From the IMG/VR virus record IMGVR_UViG_3300021598_001271, positions 1 through 64,000 of that record: a stretch of 64,000 bases of DNA; one strand, written 5' to 3'. A model generated the notes under the pieces. That model had not been told where the DNA came from. It made no database searches and saw nothing but the letters and a program-made list of their open reading frames with translations. Within the stretch, counting starts at the first letter, position 1, and every line of letters begins with the position of its first letter. The DNA comes from a virus. The position numbers were made by a program, and so were the translations under genes. Below are positions 1-9,465 of this stretch, piece by piece.

Positions 1-134
1 ACTTAAAAAATATCTCAGAAAAATACGCTCACAAAGTATTTTTAGTGTTTATCACATTGTTATTAATAACAATAATTTCGGTTGTCTTATCATTTATTAA
101 ATCATAATTTATAATTTTAAGGTATTTATATGTG

Positions 135-1073
135 ATGAAGATAAAAATCACAGAAAATCAATATAATTTAATATCAACTGTCTTATCAGAAGCGTTTGGT
201 AAAGGTGATTCATTTGCAACTTTCATCAGAGGTGAATTGAAGAGGATATACTCACCGTTAGGTAAATGGGGTAAAGCCCCCAATCCTGATGATAATTGTA
301 TTACCGAAGAAGGAGTTATTGGAATATTTCCTCACTCAGATGAAGATACTTGGTCTATTTTAAATAGATTCGACACCAATTCTAAAGTTAAAAAAGAGAT
401 TGAATCAATATTTGAATCGTCTGATTATGAAGACAAAACTGAATCAGGATTTAGAACTTGGATTTCTTTAAACTCTAATGAGTTGTTTGGACCTGATGGA
501 GAATATACTCAAAGATTAGTTGACCTTAACACTGAAACAGTTATTAAAGGTAATAGAAATGAATTATACGCAGTTAGTATAATTGGTAATAGATTTCCTG
601 ACGCCAAAATAAAAAGATATTGTTCAGGTGATATAAGAGACACAAGAAAAGGTATGGACATCTCAGTTGAGATAGGTGATGTAAATTTAAATTACCAGGT
701 TAAACCTTTTTCATCTGTAACTAGTTTTATTGATGATGAAGGTGATACTTTTTTTGAAGTTAAGTCTTATGTTGATGTTACAAAATATTCAGAGAAAAAT
801 GTAAATGTGTTTATGTTCGTTGATAGTACTAATAATCAATTTATAAGTTTTGCGAACGTAAAACGTAAGATAGGTAAAGTTGGTGCTAATACTATTAGAT
901 TTTATGAAGCCCCTTTGGAAACAAATATGACATTTAAGACAAGAAAGAAAAAGAGTAGTTTAAATGTCGCATCAAAATTATATGGTTTAGATGATAAGAA
1001 ATTAGAGAATATTGATTTTAGATTAAATTCTTTAGCAAACTTAAAGAAAAAGTATTTAAAGAAAAAACCCTAA
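135..1073 (+). CDS. Leader-bearing protein with possible PD-(D/E)XK-like nuclease motif
   Basis: MKIKITENQY leader; E..., GMDISV...YQVKP resembles D-QxK; TATTTAT at 123. Confidence 0.55.
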   Translation: MKIKITENQYNLISTVLSEAFGKGDSFATFIRGELKRIYSPLGKWGKAPNPDDNCITEEGVIGIFPHSDEDTWSILNRFDTNSKVKKEIESIFESSDYEDKTESGFRTWISLNSNELFGPDGEYTQRLVDLNTETVIKGNRNELYAVSIIGNRFPDAKIKRYCSGDIRDTRKGMDISVEIGDVNLNYQVKPFSSVTSFIDDEGDTFFEVKSYVDVTKYSEKNVNVFMFVDSTNNQFISFANVKRKIGKVGANTIRFYEAPLETNMTFKTRKKKSSLNVASKLYGLDDKKLENIDFRLNSLANLKKKYLKKKP

Positions 1074-1270
1074 TTATTAGGGTTTTTTTTATTGTTTTTC
1101 CAATCTAACCAAAATCCTAACGCAACTATTATATTCATACCAAAAGAGGCAATTATTTCATAAATGTCCTCATATACATTCATAGTTAAATGTACGTGAC
1201 CAATAACCCAAAAAGGTATTGATAGGTTAGTCGCAATCCAAATTATTGTAAAGATAATAAATTGTTTCAT
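1070..1270 (-). CDS. Small membrane protein
   Basis: 66 aa with two hydrophobic segments. Confidence 0.6.
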   Translation of the reverse strand: MKQFIIFTIIWIATNLSIPFWVIGHVHLTMNVYEDIYEIIASFGMNIIVALGFWLDWKNNKKNPNN

Positions 1271-1271
1271 A

Positions 1272-1865
1272 TTAAAACCCTGTAATTTCTTTTCGTTTAA
1301 CTATGCCCAAAATATCTAAGTAGAAATCTTCAAGGTCTCTTTGACCTGATTTTATTTGGTCAATTATTTCTTGTCTTTTATATCCTGTATTTTTGTCAAT
1401 AAAATCAATCATTTCTTCATCGGTAATACCTTCAGGTTTGGTAGGTTCAGGAACACATTCGTGGTCTCTTTCTGTGGTACCAATATCTTCGATAAATAAC
1501 CCTGTTTCACCAACAATTTGTTCAAATTTAGGTATCATTGTTTCTTCATACCATTCTTCAAATACGTGTATAACAAATGATTCTCTAACACTGAATATCG
1601 ATTGTATTGATTTAATAAGATTCTGAGACACAATTAGATGACCACCATCAAATTTATTATTATCAAAATAATATACTGCGGTTATAGATTCAACACCATC
1701 AACACACCAATCCTCACGAAGATTACCGTAGTTACGAGATTTTTTACCAACCTTTCTATTACCATTTGAAATGTATTGATTTAAATATTTTTCAATCCCT
1801 GACTGTAAAGCGGGACTACTTTTCATAAATCGTTTATACTGTTGTTCTGTAATTACTATCTTCAT
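1272..1865 (-). CDS. Leader-bearing hypothetical protein
   Basis: Start moved to ATG 1865 (MKIVITEQQY); TATTTAT at 1871-1877 on minus strand. Confidence 0.75.
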   Translation of the reverse strand: MKIVITEQQYKRFMKSSPALQSGIEKYLNQYISNGNRKVGKKSRNYGNLREDWCVDGVESITAVYYFDNNKFDGGHLIVSQNLIKSIQSIFSVRESFVIHVFEEWYEETMIPKFEQIVGETGLFIEDIGTTERDHECVPEPTKPEGITDEEMIDFIDKNTGYKRQEIIDQIKSGQRDLEDFYLDILGIVKRKEITGF

Positions 1866-1925
1866 TAATAATAAATACTTCGTTAGATAATAATAAACCC
1901 CCACATTTCTGTGAGGGTTTGTTAA

Positions 1926-2753
1926 TTATACTAATTCTAACTCTTCTTGTTTTAGTAGTTCGTAAGCTCTCGCTAATCTTGTCATCCCTATTCCTCCACC
2001 ATATCTTGGGAAGAACTCCATCGATAAGAATTCTTCTAATTCTTTCTCAACTCTTTCTTTACCGAATAGTTCAAATAATTTAGCACAATATCCACCATTT
2101 TCAATTGTGTAGAACATCTCTCTCATTTTTTCAACATCACAACTTCTTTCAGCAGAACCAATTGTTTCTTGCCCATATAATATGACATCAACTTTGTTGA
2201 AAATTCCATTTGTACCGTGTTTCATATTCCAAAATGGATTAGTTCTTAGTGGGAAATGTTGTAATGAAATTGATTCACTAATCTCATTCCACATTTTAGT
2301 TTCGTGTTCGTTCTCTAAAATCTCCGTATTATATTCCGCACATAAACTTTCATAAGTAGCAGACTTTGGTTTATTAAACCCTAAATAAACTAATAGTTCT
2401 TCTTCTAACTTTACTAAATCAGACATAGTTCCTTTAGATTCAAATTCAAACATCGGGAAGATTAATTCGTGTCTACCAGGTATCGGAGTTTTTTCTTCTC
2501 TATATGAAGTTGATACACAAAATACTCCATTCCACTCAGGATTTTTAAGTAACTCATACTCTAACCACATCTGTCCTGTTTGTGGTAGTGGCCAAATTTC
2601 ACCTGAATACTCAAATGTCTTAACCGAATGTGGGTTTTCACAAGCAGCTAAAATCGATAATCTTGATTGGGTTGGAACCTCAATAAAACCTTTATCAAGG
2701 AAAAATCCTCTCATCTTTTGAACTAGTTCGTTGTACGTCTTAGTGTTTCTCAT
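1926..2753 (-). CDS. Class II aaRS (Asp/Asn/Lys-like) catalytic-domain-only protein; asparagine-synthetase- or EpmA-like
   Basis: Motif 1 RGFFLDKGFIEVPT, motif 2 SYREE..GRH..F, motif 3 GGGIGMTRL; no anticodon-binding domain. Confidence 0.8.
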   Translation of the reverse strand: MRNTKTYNELVQKMRGFFLDKGFIEVPTQSRLSILAACENPHSVKTFEYSGEIWPLPQTGQMWLEYELLKNPEWNGVFCVSTSYREEKTPIPGRHELIFPMFEFESKGTMSDLVKLEEELLVYLGFNKPKSATYESLCAEYNTEILENEHETKMWNEISESISLQHFPLRTNPFWNMKHGTNGIFNKVDVILYGQETIGSAERSCDVEKMREMFYTIENGGYCAKLFELFGKERVEKELEEFLSMEFFPRYGGGIGMTRLARAYELLKQEELELV

Positions 2754-2803
2754 TTTTTCTTTTTTTTTATTTATTGTTTATTGTTTATTAGAATCGTATG
2801 GGC

Positions 2804-2834
2804 AAAAAAAATCCCTTCAATAAATGAAGGGATT
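2804..2834 (-). terminator. Terminator hairpin in the 5' leader of the aaRS-like gene (candidate attenuator)
   Basis: AATCCCTTCA-TTTAT-TGAAGGGATT followed by a U-tract on the minus strand. Confidence 0.8.
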
Positions 2835-2894
2835 ATTTTCAGACGTAAAGTCTGTATTATTTTCATAGTTTCTTAGTCTCAGTTTTCTATTCAT
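2817..2894 (-). CDS. Candidate leader peptide MNRKLRLRNYENNTDFTSENNPFIY
   Basis: ATG just after TATTTAT (2900-2906); 6 Asn in 25 codons; stop falls in the terminator stem. Confidence 0.45.
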   Translation of the reverse strand: MNRKLRLRNYENNTDFTSENNPFIY

Positions 2895-2930
2895 TAGGTA
2901 TAAATATATAATACTTTTGTAAAAGGTAAA

Positions 2931-3497
2931 CTATTCTTCAAACATTCCTTTTTCAGTAACCGACATAAAATCACATATTACAGGGATACCTGTTTGTTTA
3001 GTTACAATAATAAACATTTGTAGATTTATAGCTTCTTTCATTTCTTCATCAACTTCCCATCCAAAATCCTCGTTAGTATGAGCATCATAGACATTATCAA
3101 TCACAACACCATCACCGTGGTCAATATCAACAATACCATTTCCATCAACTTCAGCGTCAAACCAAAAATTTTCAATAATATCTATATTAAAATCACCACT
3201 TATTCTAAACCCACTAACTTTAAATTTAAAATCATAAGTTCCTAACTCAGCTCTATAAATCTTATTAGAAAACTGTTCTAACATTTTGTAAACAGTTTCT
3301 ATTCCTCCGTACCACTCAACTAACCATTTTAGTACCGTTGACCAATAATCGTTCACACCAAATAGTTTTAAGGTGGAATCTGAAACATCAGGTCCATTCT
3401 TATCCCAATACTTAAATATTGGGGATTTAAGGTGGTCCACAGAATGTTTAGATTTCTGTAATAAATTATATTGTTGTTCGGTAATTATTATTTTCAT
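2931..3497 (-). CDS. Leader-bearing hypothetical protein
   Basis: MKIIITEQQY; TATTTAT at 3503-3509. Confidence 0.75.
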   Translation of the reverse strand: MKIIITEQQYNLLQKSKHSVDHLKSPIFKYWDKNGPDVSDSTLKLFGVNDYWSTVLKWLVEWYGGIETVYKMLEQFSNKIYRAELGTYDFKFKVSGFRISGDFNIDIIENFWFDAEVDGNGIVDIDHGDGVVIDNVYDAHTNEDFGWEVDEEMKEAINLQMFIIVTKQTGIPVICDFMSVTEKGMFEE

Positions 3498-3534
3498 TAT
3501 TGATAAATACTTTATTAAATATATTTATTAAGGT

Positions 3535-4509
3535 ATGATAAACGAAATCAAAATAAATAAACAATCATTAATGCACGACCTTATGATTATGGACTATAAT
3601 CACGAGGATGCAGAATATGAACTTAATTCATTATTAGATTGGTTTAAATCATTACCCAACACATTAGAATTATATAGAATCATATACGTTGATAGTGAAA
3701 ATCAAATCAATGTTAAACAACCTGGTTCTCATTACTCCCTTAATAAAGATGAGTTATTATCATCTCACACCTACTCCTCAGGATATGGTGATTTGAAGTA
3801 TCTTATAACTGTTTCGGCAAGTAAATCATTAGTAGATGTTCAAGATACATTATCAAATAACATTTTGTACCCTAATGAGTTGGAAATTACTCTAAAGAAT
3901 AAAGGTAAGGGTGCTAAAATAATATCTTTAACACTATTATCTGAACCCATAGACGATACTAATCCTGATGATTCAATATTATTTGAACAGAAATCAAATA
4001 ATGATGTGTCTAAACTTCTTACTAAACTAGTTAATGAGCACGGGGTTTACAAAGCGATGGAAATGACAGGTTTAAACGTTATTCAATTGTTTGATAGATT
4101 AGGTAATAACATTATTATCGATTCTGAAATGGCCAGTGACTTATTGAGATTGTTGTGGAATAAAAATTTTCTCCCTAAAAAGGTAAATAACTTTAAATTA
4201 TATTTTGAAAGTTTTGATGGTGTTCTTTACTGGCATTTAGATACTGAAGCGGAAGAAGCACAAGCGATGTGTACTCCGTTTTGGGAAGGTAATAAATCAG
4301 TCCCAATTGATTTTGATTACTACACAGTAAAAAAAGATGGTGGTAGTGAGGAACATAATCCTCAGTGGTACAAAAGTATACCGTATGAAGACAATTTTGA
4401 TTCAATACAAGATTTAATTGATTGGTTCAAAGAGTGGTATATACCTGTGGTATATCACCAATTAAATAATTTTATGAAAAAAGCGAGAAAAGAATTTAGA
4501 GATAACTAA
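3535..4509 (+). CDS. Two-module hypothetical protein
   Basis: TATTTAT at 3522; internal ILFEQ between modules. Confidence 0.7.
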   Translation: MINEIKINKQSLMHDLMIMDYNHEDAEYELNSLLDWFKSLPNTLELYRIIYVDSENQINVKQPGSHYSLNKDELLSSHTYSSGYGDLKYLITVSASKSLVDVQDTLSNNILYPNELEITLKNKGKGAKIISLTLLSEPIDDTNPDDSILFEQKSNNDVSKLLTKLVNEHGVYKAMEMTGLNVIQLFDRLGNNIIIDSEMASDLLRLLWNKNFLPKKVNNFKLYFESFDGVLYWHLDTEAEEAQAMCTPFWEGNKSVPIDFDYYTVKKDGGSEEHNPQWYKSIPYEDNFDSIQDLIDWFKEWYIPVVYHQLNNFMKKARKEFRDN

Positions 4510-4925
4510 TTCTTAGGACCTGGAAAGGTTAATTCAATATCAACACCAACGTTTGGAATCCACTGTTCAATCTTACTAAGTATATCTTCTTCCATTCTAT
4601 CCCAAGACCAACTTGGTAAATCATCTCTCCAATATACTCTTTCCCATTCATCTAAATTAGACTCACCAATAAGGATGTCATCAATTATTAATTTAATTGT
4701 ACCTGAAAATTCACCATCACCTTCTTCCCATAAAGATATTTTATCTATATGATAACCAATATGGTAATCAACCATATCGTCATTGTCTGAGTAAGGCATA
4801 GAATATGAATCGTCAAACTCACCTACCTTACCAACAACTTTCACTATCGCTTTAATCATTGGATGTGTTTGAGGTAGTCTATAGTCAGTCTCTTCTCTTA
4901 ATATTTGTTTGATTAATTCTCTCAC
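4506..4925 (-). CDS. Leader-bearing acidic hypothetical protein
   Basis: MRELIKQILREE; TATTTAT at 4930-4936. Confidence 0.7.
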   Translation of the reverse strand: MRELIKQILREETDYRLPQTHPMIKAIVKVVGKVGEFDDSYSMPYSDNDDMVDYHIGYHIDKISLWEEGDGEFSGTIKLIIDDILIGESNLDEWERVYWRDDLPSWSWDRMEEDILSKIEQWIPNVGVDIELTFPGPKN

Positions 4926-4953
4926 ATTTATAAATACTCAGTAAATAAAAAAC

Positions 4954-5331
4954 CTACTCTTCAGTAGGTTCTTCATCGTCTATTTCCCAACCATCTTCTT
5001 CGTACCAATATTCAGCACAAGGATAAGGTCTTCCTTTGTCGTCAAGATATACCCATATCTTATCATCTTTAGTTATCTTTGGCATATAGTCATCACCAGG
5101 ATGTTCAACCCATCTCCAATCTTTACCCTCTTCTCCTTCAGGAATTTCAGGGTTATCTAGCGGAGGGTGGTAAGCATTTACATCAAAATAACGCCAATTA
5201 CAAGAACATCCAATGTCCTCAGGTGAACTTATACAATCATCACATAAGTATGGGTTACCACCTCCTGAAAATCCAGGGGCGTAAACCCATACCGCCATTT
5301 TACCACAATCACAAAGTTTTTTATTTTTCAT
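4954..5331 (-). CDS. Cys-rich hypothetical protein
   Basis: CDC, CDDC and CSC motifs; overlaps ligase stop. Confidence 0.65.
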   Translation of the reverse strand: MKNKKLCDCGKMAVWVYAPGFSGGGNPYLCDDCISSPEDIGCSCNWRYFDVNAYHPPLDNPEIPEGEEGKDWRWVEHPGDDYMPKITKDDKIWVYLDDKGRPYPCAEYWYEEDGWEIDDEEPTEE

Positions 5332-6355
5332 TCAATAAGAATTTGTTTGAAATTGCTTTAAAACTAATTGTTCTATCAGAACTTCTAATAACAATCCCTT
5401 CTCTATCAAAAGAAAAATTTAACACTGATTTATCATCCGCAACCTTCAACATATCTTCAACAGTTTCAGGTAATGTAAAGTTAGTATCTAATACAGGTAC
5501 TGTTTCTAAGTCCATACCATTAATCAAGGCAATAAACTCACCCAATCCTAAGTACTCTTGAGTGTCGATGTTAAATGCGTTGAAGAATTTAACCGTTTGT
5601 CCTTTAATCTTGTAAGGATTACCTTGAATACCTTCTCCAATCAACTCACCTTGTAAACAAATGTTATTGTCTAAAGTACCTAATTTTTCTTCCAACATCA
5701 ACTCACGAGCCACTTTCCAAAAAGTGTTACCTTCGGTTTCAAGTAACTCTAAATTACGAGAACACACACCAAAGATACCGTCTTTGAAGTAGTATGTTGC
5801 TGAAGAACCGTCTAACTTCTCGGTTACATAGAACTTCATACCTTCTTTGTTTTGAGTCTTAAATAACTCATACTCGGACGCTAAGTTTTGAATTCTCTCC
5901 TCATCTGTTTTACGGATGAAAGATGGGAATAAACCTTTAACTTTACCAGCAAGTTCTGCAGGAATTGGTGGTTCGTATTTAACAATCCCCAACATCTCAG
6001 TTACGTCTAACCCTTCAAATGGTGTTACGTAAATGTTAGTGTCAGTAGGATTCAAAACACTGATAGGTAAAATCAAACCTTGAGATACTTGACCTCTAAG
6101 TTTAATTGTTTTTAATCGGAAACCTTCTTGGTCTCCCATTTTTTTGTAAGAACTCTTACGTAAGAATTCAAACTCTTCTTTGATTGGTAAGAATGAGTCA
6201 ATCTCACAGTAGATAACCATATCACCAATTTTGTGACCTACATTCTTAGCAACCACAACTTTCCATCCATCAACGATGGCAAGTTCAATCATATCGGCTT
6301 CAGGTATTTTTTGGATGTCGTTAATCACCCTAACACTTGCTAATTTCCTTTCCAT
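5321..6355 (-). CDS. ATP-dependent RNA ligase, DRB0094/Rnl5-like
   Basis: N-terminal OB-like domain (KLRGQVSQGL); TEKLDGSS, QGELIG, REGIV, FKAISNKFL. Confidence 0.9.
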   Translation of the reverse strand: MERKLASVRVINDIQKIPEADMIELAIVDGWKVVVAKNVGHKIGDMVIYCEIDSFLPIKEEFEFLRKSSYKKMGDQEGFRLKTIKLRGQVSQGLILPISVLNPTDTNIYVTPFEGLDVTEMLGIVKYEPPIPAELAGKVKGLFPSFIRKTDEERIQNLASEYELFKTQNKEGMKFYVTEKLDGSSATYYFKDGIFGVCSRNLELLETEGNTFWKVARELMLEEKLGTLDNNICLQGELIGEGIQGNPYKIKGQTVKFFNAFNIDTQEYLGLGEFIALINGMDLETVPVLDTNFTLPETVEDMLKVADDKSVLNFSFDREGIVIRSSDRTISFKAISNKFLLNEK

Positions 6356-6891
6356 TTTATATTTATTTTTTCTATTTTCTCAATTAATTCGTCAAGATTA
6401 AAATCACTTTTAATTCTATTGCACATAAAACAACACGGTTTAGAATTTTCTTTAGTATAACCAACCGAATTATCAATTCTATCTAAACTATTACAAACAA
6501 CCCAATTATCAGTATTTTTACTGTATCTTCTCCTTGTATAACCATAATGTTTATCTTTTGGTTCATCACCACAAAGGTAACAATTTTGTTTGGTTAATTC
6601 AACAAAAGTTTCATAGTCAAGTTCGAATAATAAATTTCTACTTTTAGCACCGTTTTTTAGTGAATTGTATAATTTTTTGCGGCCCGTTTCAGGATTTGAT
6701 TCACCTCCATTATTACAACCACAACTTTTAGATTGACCATTTCTTAAATTAGTTCCTGGTATTTCTTTAATGTTACCACATTCACATTCACATAACCAAT
6801 ACGAAGAACCTGATGCAGTTTTTTTTTCGGACTTATTTATAACTAATAATTTACCAAATTTATTACCTATTTCATTTTTTCTTTTTTCCAT
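6340..6891 (-). CDS. HNH-type homing endonuclease
   Basis: GNKFGKL..WLCECECG N-terminus; CYLCG...LDRIDNSVGY..N..CCFMCN. Confidence 0.8.
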   Translation of the reverse strand: MEKRKNEIGNKFGKLLVINKSEKKTASGSSYWLCECECGNIKEIPGTNLRNGQSKSCGCNNGGESNPETGRKKLYNSLKNGAKSRNLLFELDYETFVELTKQNCYLCGDEPKDKHYGYTRRRYSKNTDNWVVCNSLDRIDNSVGYTKENSKPCCFMCNRIKSDFNLDELIEKIEKINIKWKGN

Positions 6892-6942
6892 ACCAATAAA
6901 TACTGCGTAAATACACATTACGCACCATTTTTAGGTTAATTT

Positions 6943-7164
6943 TTATTTTATAAGTACCATATTTGTATTCGCTACTGGGGCTCTGAATACAGGAATTGCT
7001 GAAGTTGAATTTTCATCTGTTTTTTGCATTACCTCATAAAATCCTAATTCGGAACATTTCACTGTTGAGACGTTATCAAATGTTTCTAAAACTTTTGAAT
7101 CTCCTCTTGAACCTGATAGTAAAACTACTCTTTTAAGTGTTGTGTTGAATGTTAGTGTTTGCAT
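6943..7164 (-). CDS. Hypothetical protein
   Basis: 73-aa ORF in operon. Confidence 0.6.
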   Translation of the reverse strand: MQTLTFNTTLKRVVLLSGSRGDSKVLETFDNVSTVKCSELGFYEVMQKTDENSTSAIPVFRAPVANTNMVLIK

Positions 7165-7373
7165 AATTTAAATTTTTTTTCTGTTAATATTCGTCTTAAT
7201 TCTCGTTCGGCTTTAGTATATAAAGATAAGTCTTTAGAGTTGAGTAAACCTTTGGTGAAGTTGTTAACCAACTTCTCCGATGTCTCTAAGTGTTCTTGGG
7301 TTTCACAAGAATTCACAACTCTTTTAACCCATTCTAAATTTTTTTCAAAAGTTACATTATATTCTGTCGTCAT
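7152..7373 (-). CDS. Hypothetical protein
   Basis: 73 aa; TATCTTTG promoter at 7398-7405. Confidence 0.65.
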   Translation of the reverse strand: MTTEYNVTFEKNLEWVKRVVNSCETQEHLETSEKLVNNFTKGLLNSKDLSLYTKAERELRRILTEKKFKLCKH

Positions 7374-7467
7374 AATTACAAGTTATTTACTTTATGACAA
7401 AGATACGAATTTTTTTTTAAAATAAAAATCTAATTTACTATAATACTCGTGAGTCTTATATTTTTTT

Positions 7468-7821
7468 ATGGCACATCCAATTTTACACGCAAAATCATCA
7501 GCTAAAAAGTTTGGTGGTAAATGGGAAGATTACATACATTTACACAATTGGTTAGACGAAACCAAAGGGTGGTACGCACATTCCATTCATAGAATGTTTA
7601 GACACCACAGTGAAGGTATTTTTGAAATGCAAGAAAGGTTTGGTCCTACATTTATCAATAGTGATGGTAAAACTGTCTACACTCGTTATGTTGGAGAACA
7701 ACACGTTAAGGAAGATTGTTTCAATTACATACCATCCGCAAAAGAATGGTTACAAGCTTTAGATTCAAAAGAAAAACCAATTTGGATGTTAAAAACAATG
7801 GAAATAAACGTAGAAGATTAA
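7468..7821 (+). CDS. DUF6915-like protein
   Basis: MAHP..HAKSSAKKFGG..DY..H.W.D..K..HR..RHHSEGIF..EQHVKED. Confidence 0.75.
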   Translation: MAHPILHAKSSAKKFGGKWEDYIHLHNWLDETKGWYAHSIHRMFRHHSEGIFEMQERFGPTFINSDGKTVYTRYVGEQHVKEDCFNYIPSAKEWLQALDSKEKPIWMLKTMEINVED

Positions 7822-7842
7822 TATTTATTAATAAAAAAAAAT

Positions 7843-8535
7843 ATGGGTCTAAATAAATTAAGTGACGAGGATATTAAAATATTACAAACATTCTCAATGT
7901 ACATACAAAGTTATGGTTCTAAAGTAGTTAGAACTACTCTTGAAGTTAGTACTGATGGTGAATTTTATGACGATATTTACGGTTGGAATGGTGATGGTAG
8001 TAGAATAACAATACCATCGTATGAATCAATCGACGAATTAATTTTAAAAATTATAGAAGAAGAAAATTTTGTAAACAATTATTTTGATAGTGATGATAGA
8101 GGTAATATCACACCAATAATTAACGCAAATGCCCAAACATTAACTTTCAGTGCCGACATATATGTTACAAAAGGAGACCCTGTTGGAGGTACTTTTGATT
8201 CCGAGGATTTACCTGAATATGTTTTAAAGTGGATTAGAGAAAACAGAGAAAATGAAAGTTATAAGTTTGGTACTATAAGTTACCAAGGCGGTGGTGATGA
8301 CGGTTATTTGGAATCGGATATTATAGTTAATGGTAATTCAGGTCATAGTTATCCTGAAAATGTACACGATTGGTTAATTCACACAATAACAGGTTTTGGT
8401 GATTGGTACAATAATGAAGGGGGTCAAGGTGAAGTTCACATTGATTTCATTAATGAAGAAGTATCAATAGAAGGTGAAATAAATTACGAAACTGAAGATA
8501 CTCAAAAATTAGATTACTACGCTTCGTTCAAATAA
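7843..8535 (+). CDS. DUF6878-like protein
   Basis: YQGGGDDG and WYNNEGGQG motifs; follows DUF6915-like gene. Confidence 0.65.
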   Translation: MGLNKLSDEDIKILQTFSMYIQSYGSKVVRTTLEVSTDGEFYDDIYGWNGDGSRITIPSYESIDELILKIIEEENFVNNYFDSDDRGNITPIINANAQTLTFSADIYVTKGDPVGGTFDSEDLPEYVLKWIRENRENESYKFGTISYQGGGDDGYLESDIIVNGNSGHSYPENVHDWLIHTITGFGDWYNNEGGQGEVHIDFINEEVSIEGEINYETEDTQKLDYYASFK

Positions 8536-8720
8536 TTAATAAATTCATCAATAGACATAACCCCATCAATCCCTTCGATTAGTATGGGGTTTTTCTTTTT
8601 ACCACCTTCAACCATATTTTTAACAACCATATAAAACTTACAAGGTTGTTCCACTTTTAGTTTCATCATCAAAGCATTATATGACTTCTGTTTCAATCTA
8701 TCACTACGATAAGTTGTCAA
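8517..8720 (-). CDS. Hypothetical protein, start uncertain
   Basis: Frame stays open to about 8765; nearest ATG (8769) is out of frame by one base. Confidence 0.5.
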   Translation of the reverse strand: MTTYRSDRLKQKSYNALMMKLKVEQPCKFYMVVKNMVEGGKKKNPILIEGIDGVMSIDEFINYLNEA

Positions 8721-8809
8721 ATTTGTTACCGTTATTTGATTTTCCTTTGTTTGAACTATTGTGTTTCATATCTTTATTTTATATAATAATAAGAAATATT
8801 TTTTAAATA

Positions 8810-8832
8810 AAAAACCCCTCCGAAGAGGGGTT
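8810..8832 (-). terminator. Intrinsic terminator
   Basis: AACCCCTC-TTCG-GAGGGGTT plus U-tract. Confidence 0.85.
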
Positions 8833-8833
8833 G

Positions 8834-9023
8834 GTCAGGCTACTAAGTTCAATAAATTATTCTAAAAAGAATTTTAAGTGTTGATAAGCGAAGTTTGAAA
8901 TGGCAATTTTTGACTAAAGGACTGTTACAGTATCAAAATCTTCTCATCTGTTAGCTCAATTTCATAATAGAAGTTGTAGATAACCATAAAGGTTATATAA
9001 TCTATATCCCTGTTCGCACTGAC
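8834..9023 (-). ncRNA. Candidate structured RNA 3' of the DIP1984-like gene
   Basis: No ORF; ends GTCAG...CTGAC are complementary; internal ATAACC/GGTTAT hairpin; bounded by stop codon and terminator. Confidence 0.5.
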
Positions 9024-9027
9024 GGCT

Positions 9028-9465
9028 TTAGATTTCAGTCACCGCATTGTGGGTGTCCAAAATATCTTGGATTTCCTCGATTTGAGCTTCGATGTGTTTA
9101 ACCATCTCGTCTCTTTCAACGATTCCAATTTCGGCAACCATAATAGATGGTGGTAATTCACTATCCCATCTACCTCGGGTAACCTTTCCTTCTTGACAGT
9201 TAAGAGATTTTAATCTCGAAGCCATCGATTTCAATTCTGACAATCTAAAAATCTTGTCATATACAGTAGCGTTTGCTCTGTGGATTTTGGTTTTTAACTC
9301 AACCAACTCATTAACTGATGAGTTGTACGCTTCCAACGCTTCTCGAGTGTCGTAAGGTTTTTTAGTACCTTCTTCAACTGAATTGTACGCTGAAAGTTTT
9401 TGGTAGTTTTCACTAACCTGAAGAACTAACTTGTTCTTTAACTTTAAGGCTTTCTTAATATTCAT
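9028..9465 (-). CDS. DIP1984-like coiled-coil protein
   Basis: MNIKKALKLK...LKTKIHRAN...IQDILDTHNAVTEI pattern. Confidence 0.7.
   Translation of the reverse strand: MNIKKALKLKNKLVLQVSENYQKLSAYNSVEEGTKKPYDTREALEAYNSSVNELVELKTKIHRANATVYDKIFRLSELKSMASRLKSLNCQEGKVTRGRWDSELPPSIMVAEIGIVERDEMVKHIEAQIEEIQDILDTHNAVTEI

Noticed and set aside
123-129. T4 late promoter TATAAATA
   Set aside because: The motif is consistently TATTTAT on the sense strand, the reverse complement of the T4 element, so it is not equated with it
2768-2790. TTATTGT tandem repeat
   Set aside because: Fewer than three copies in a low-complexity A-rich translation leader
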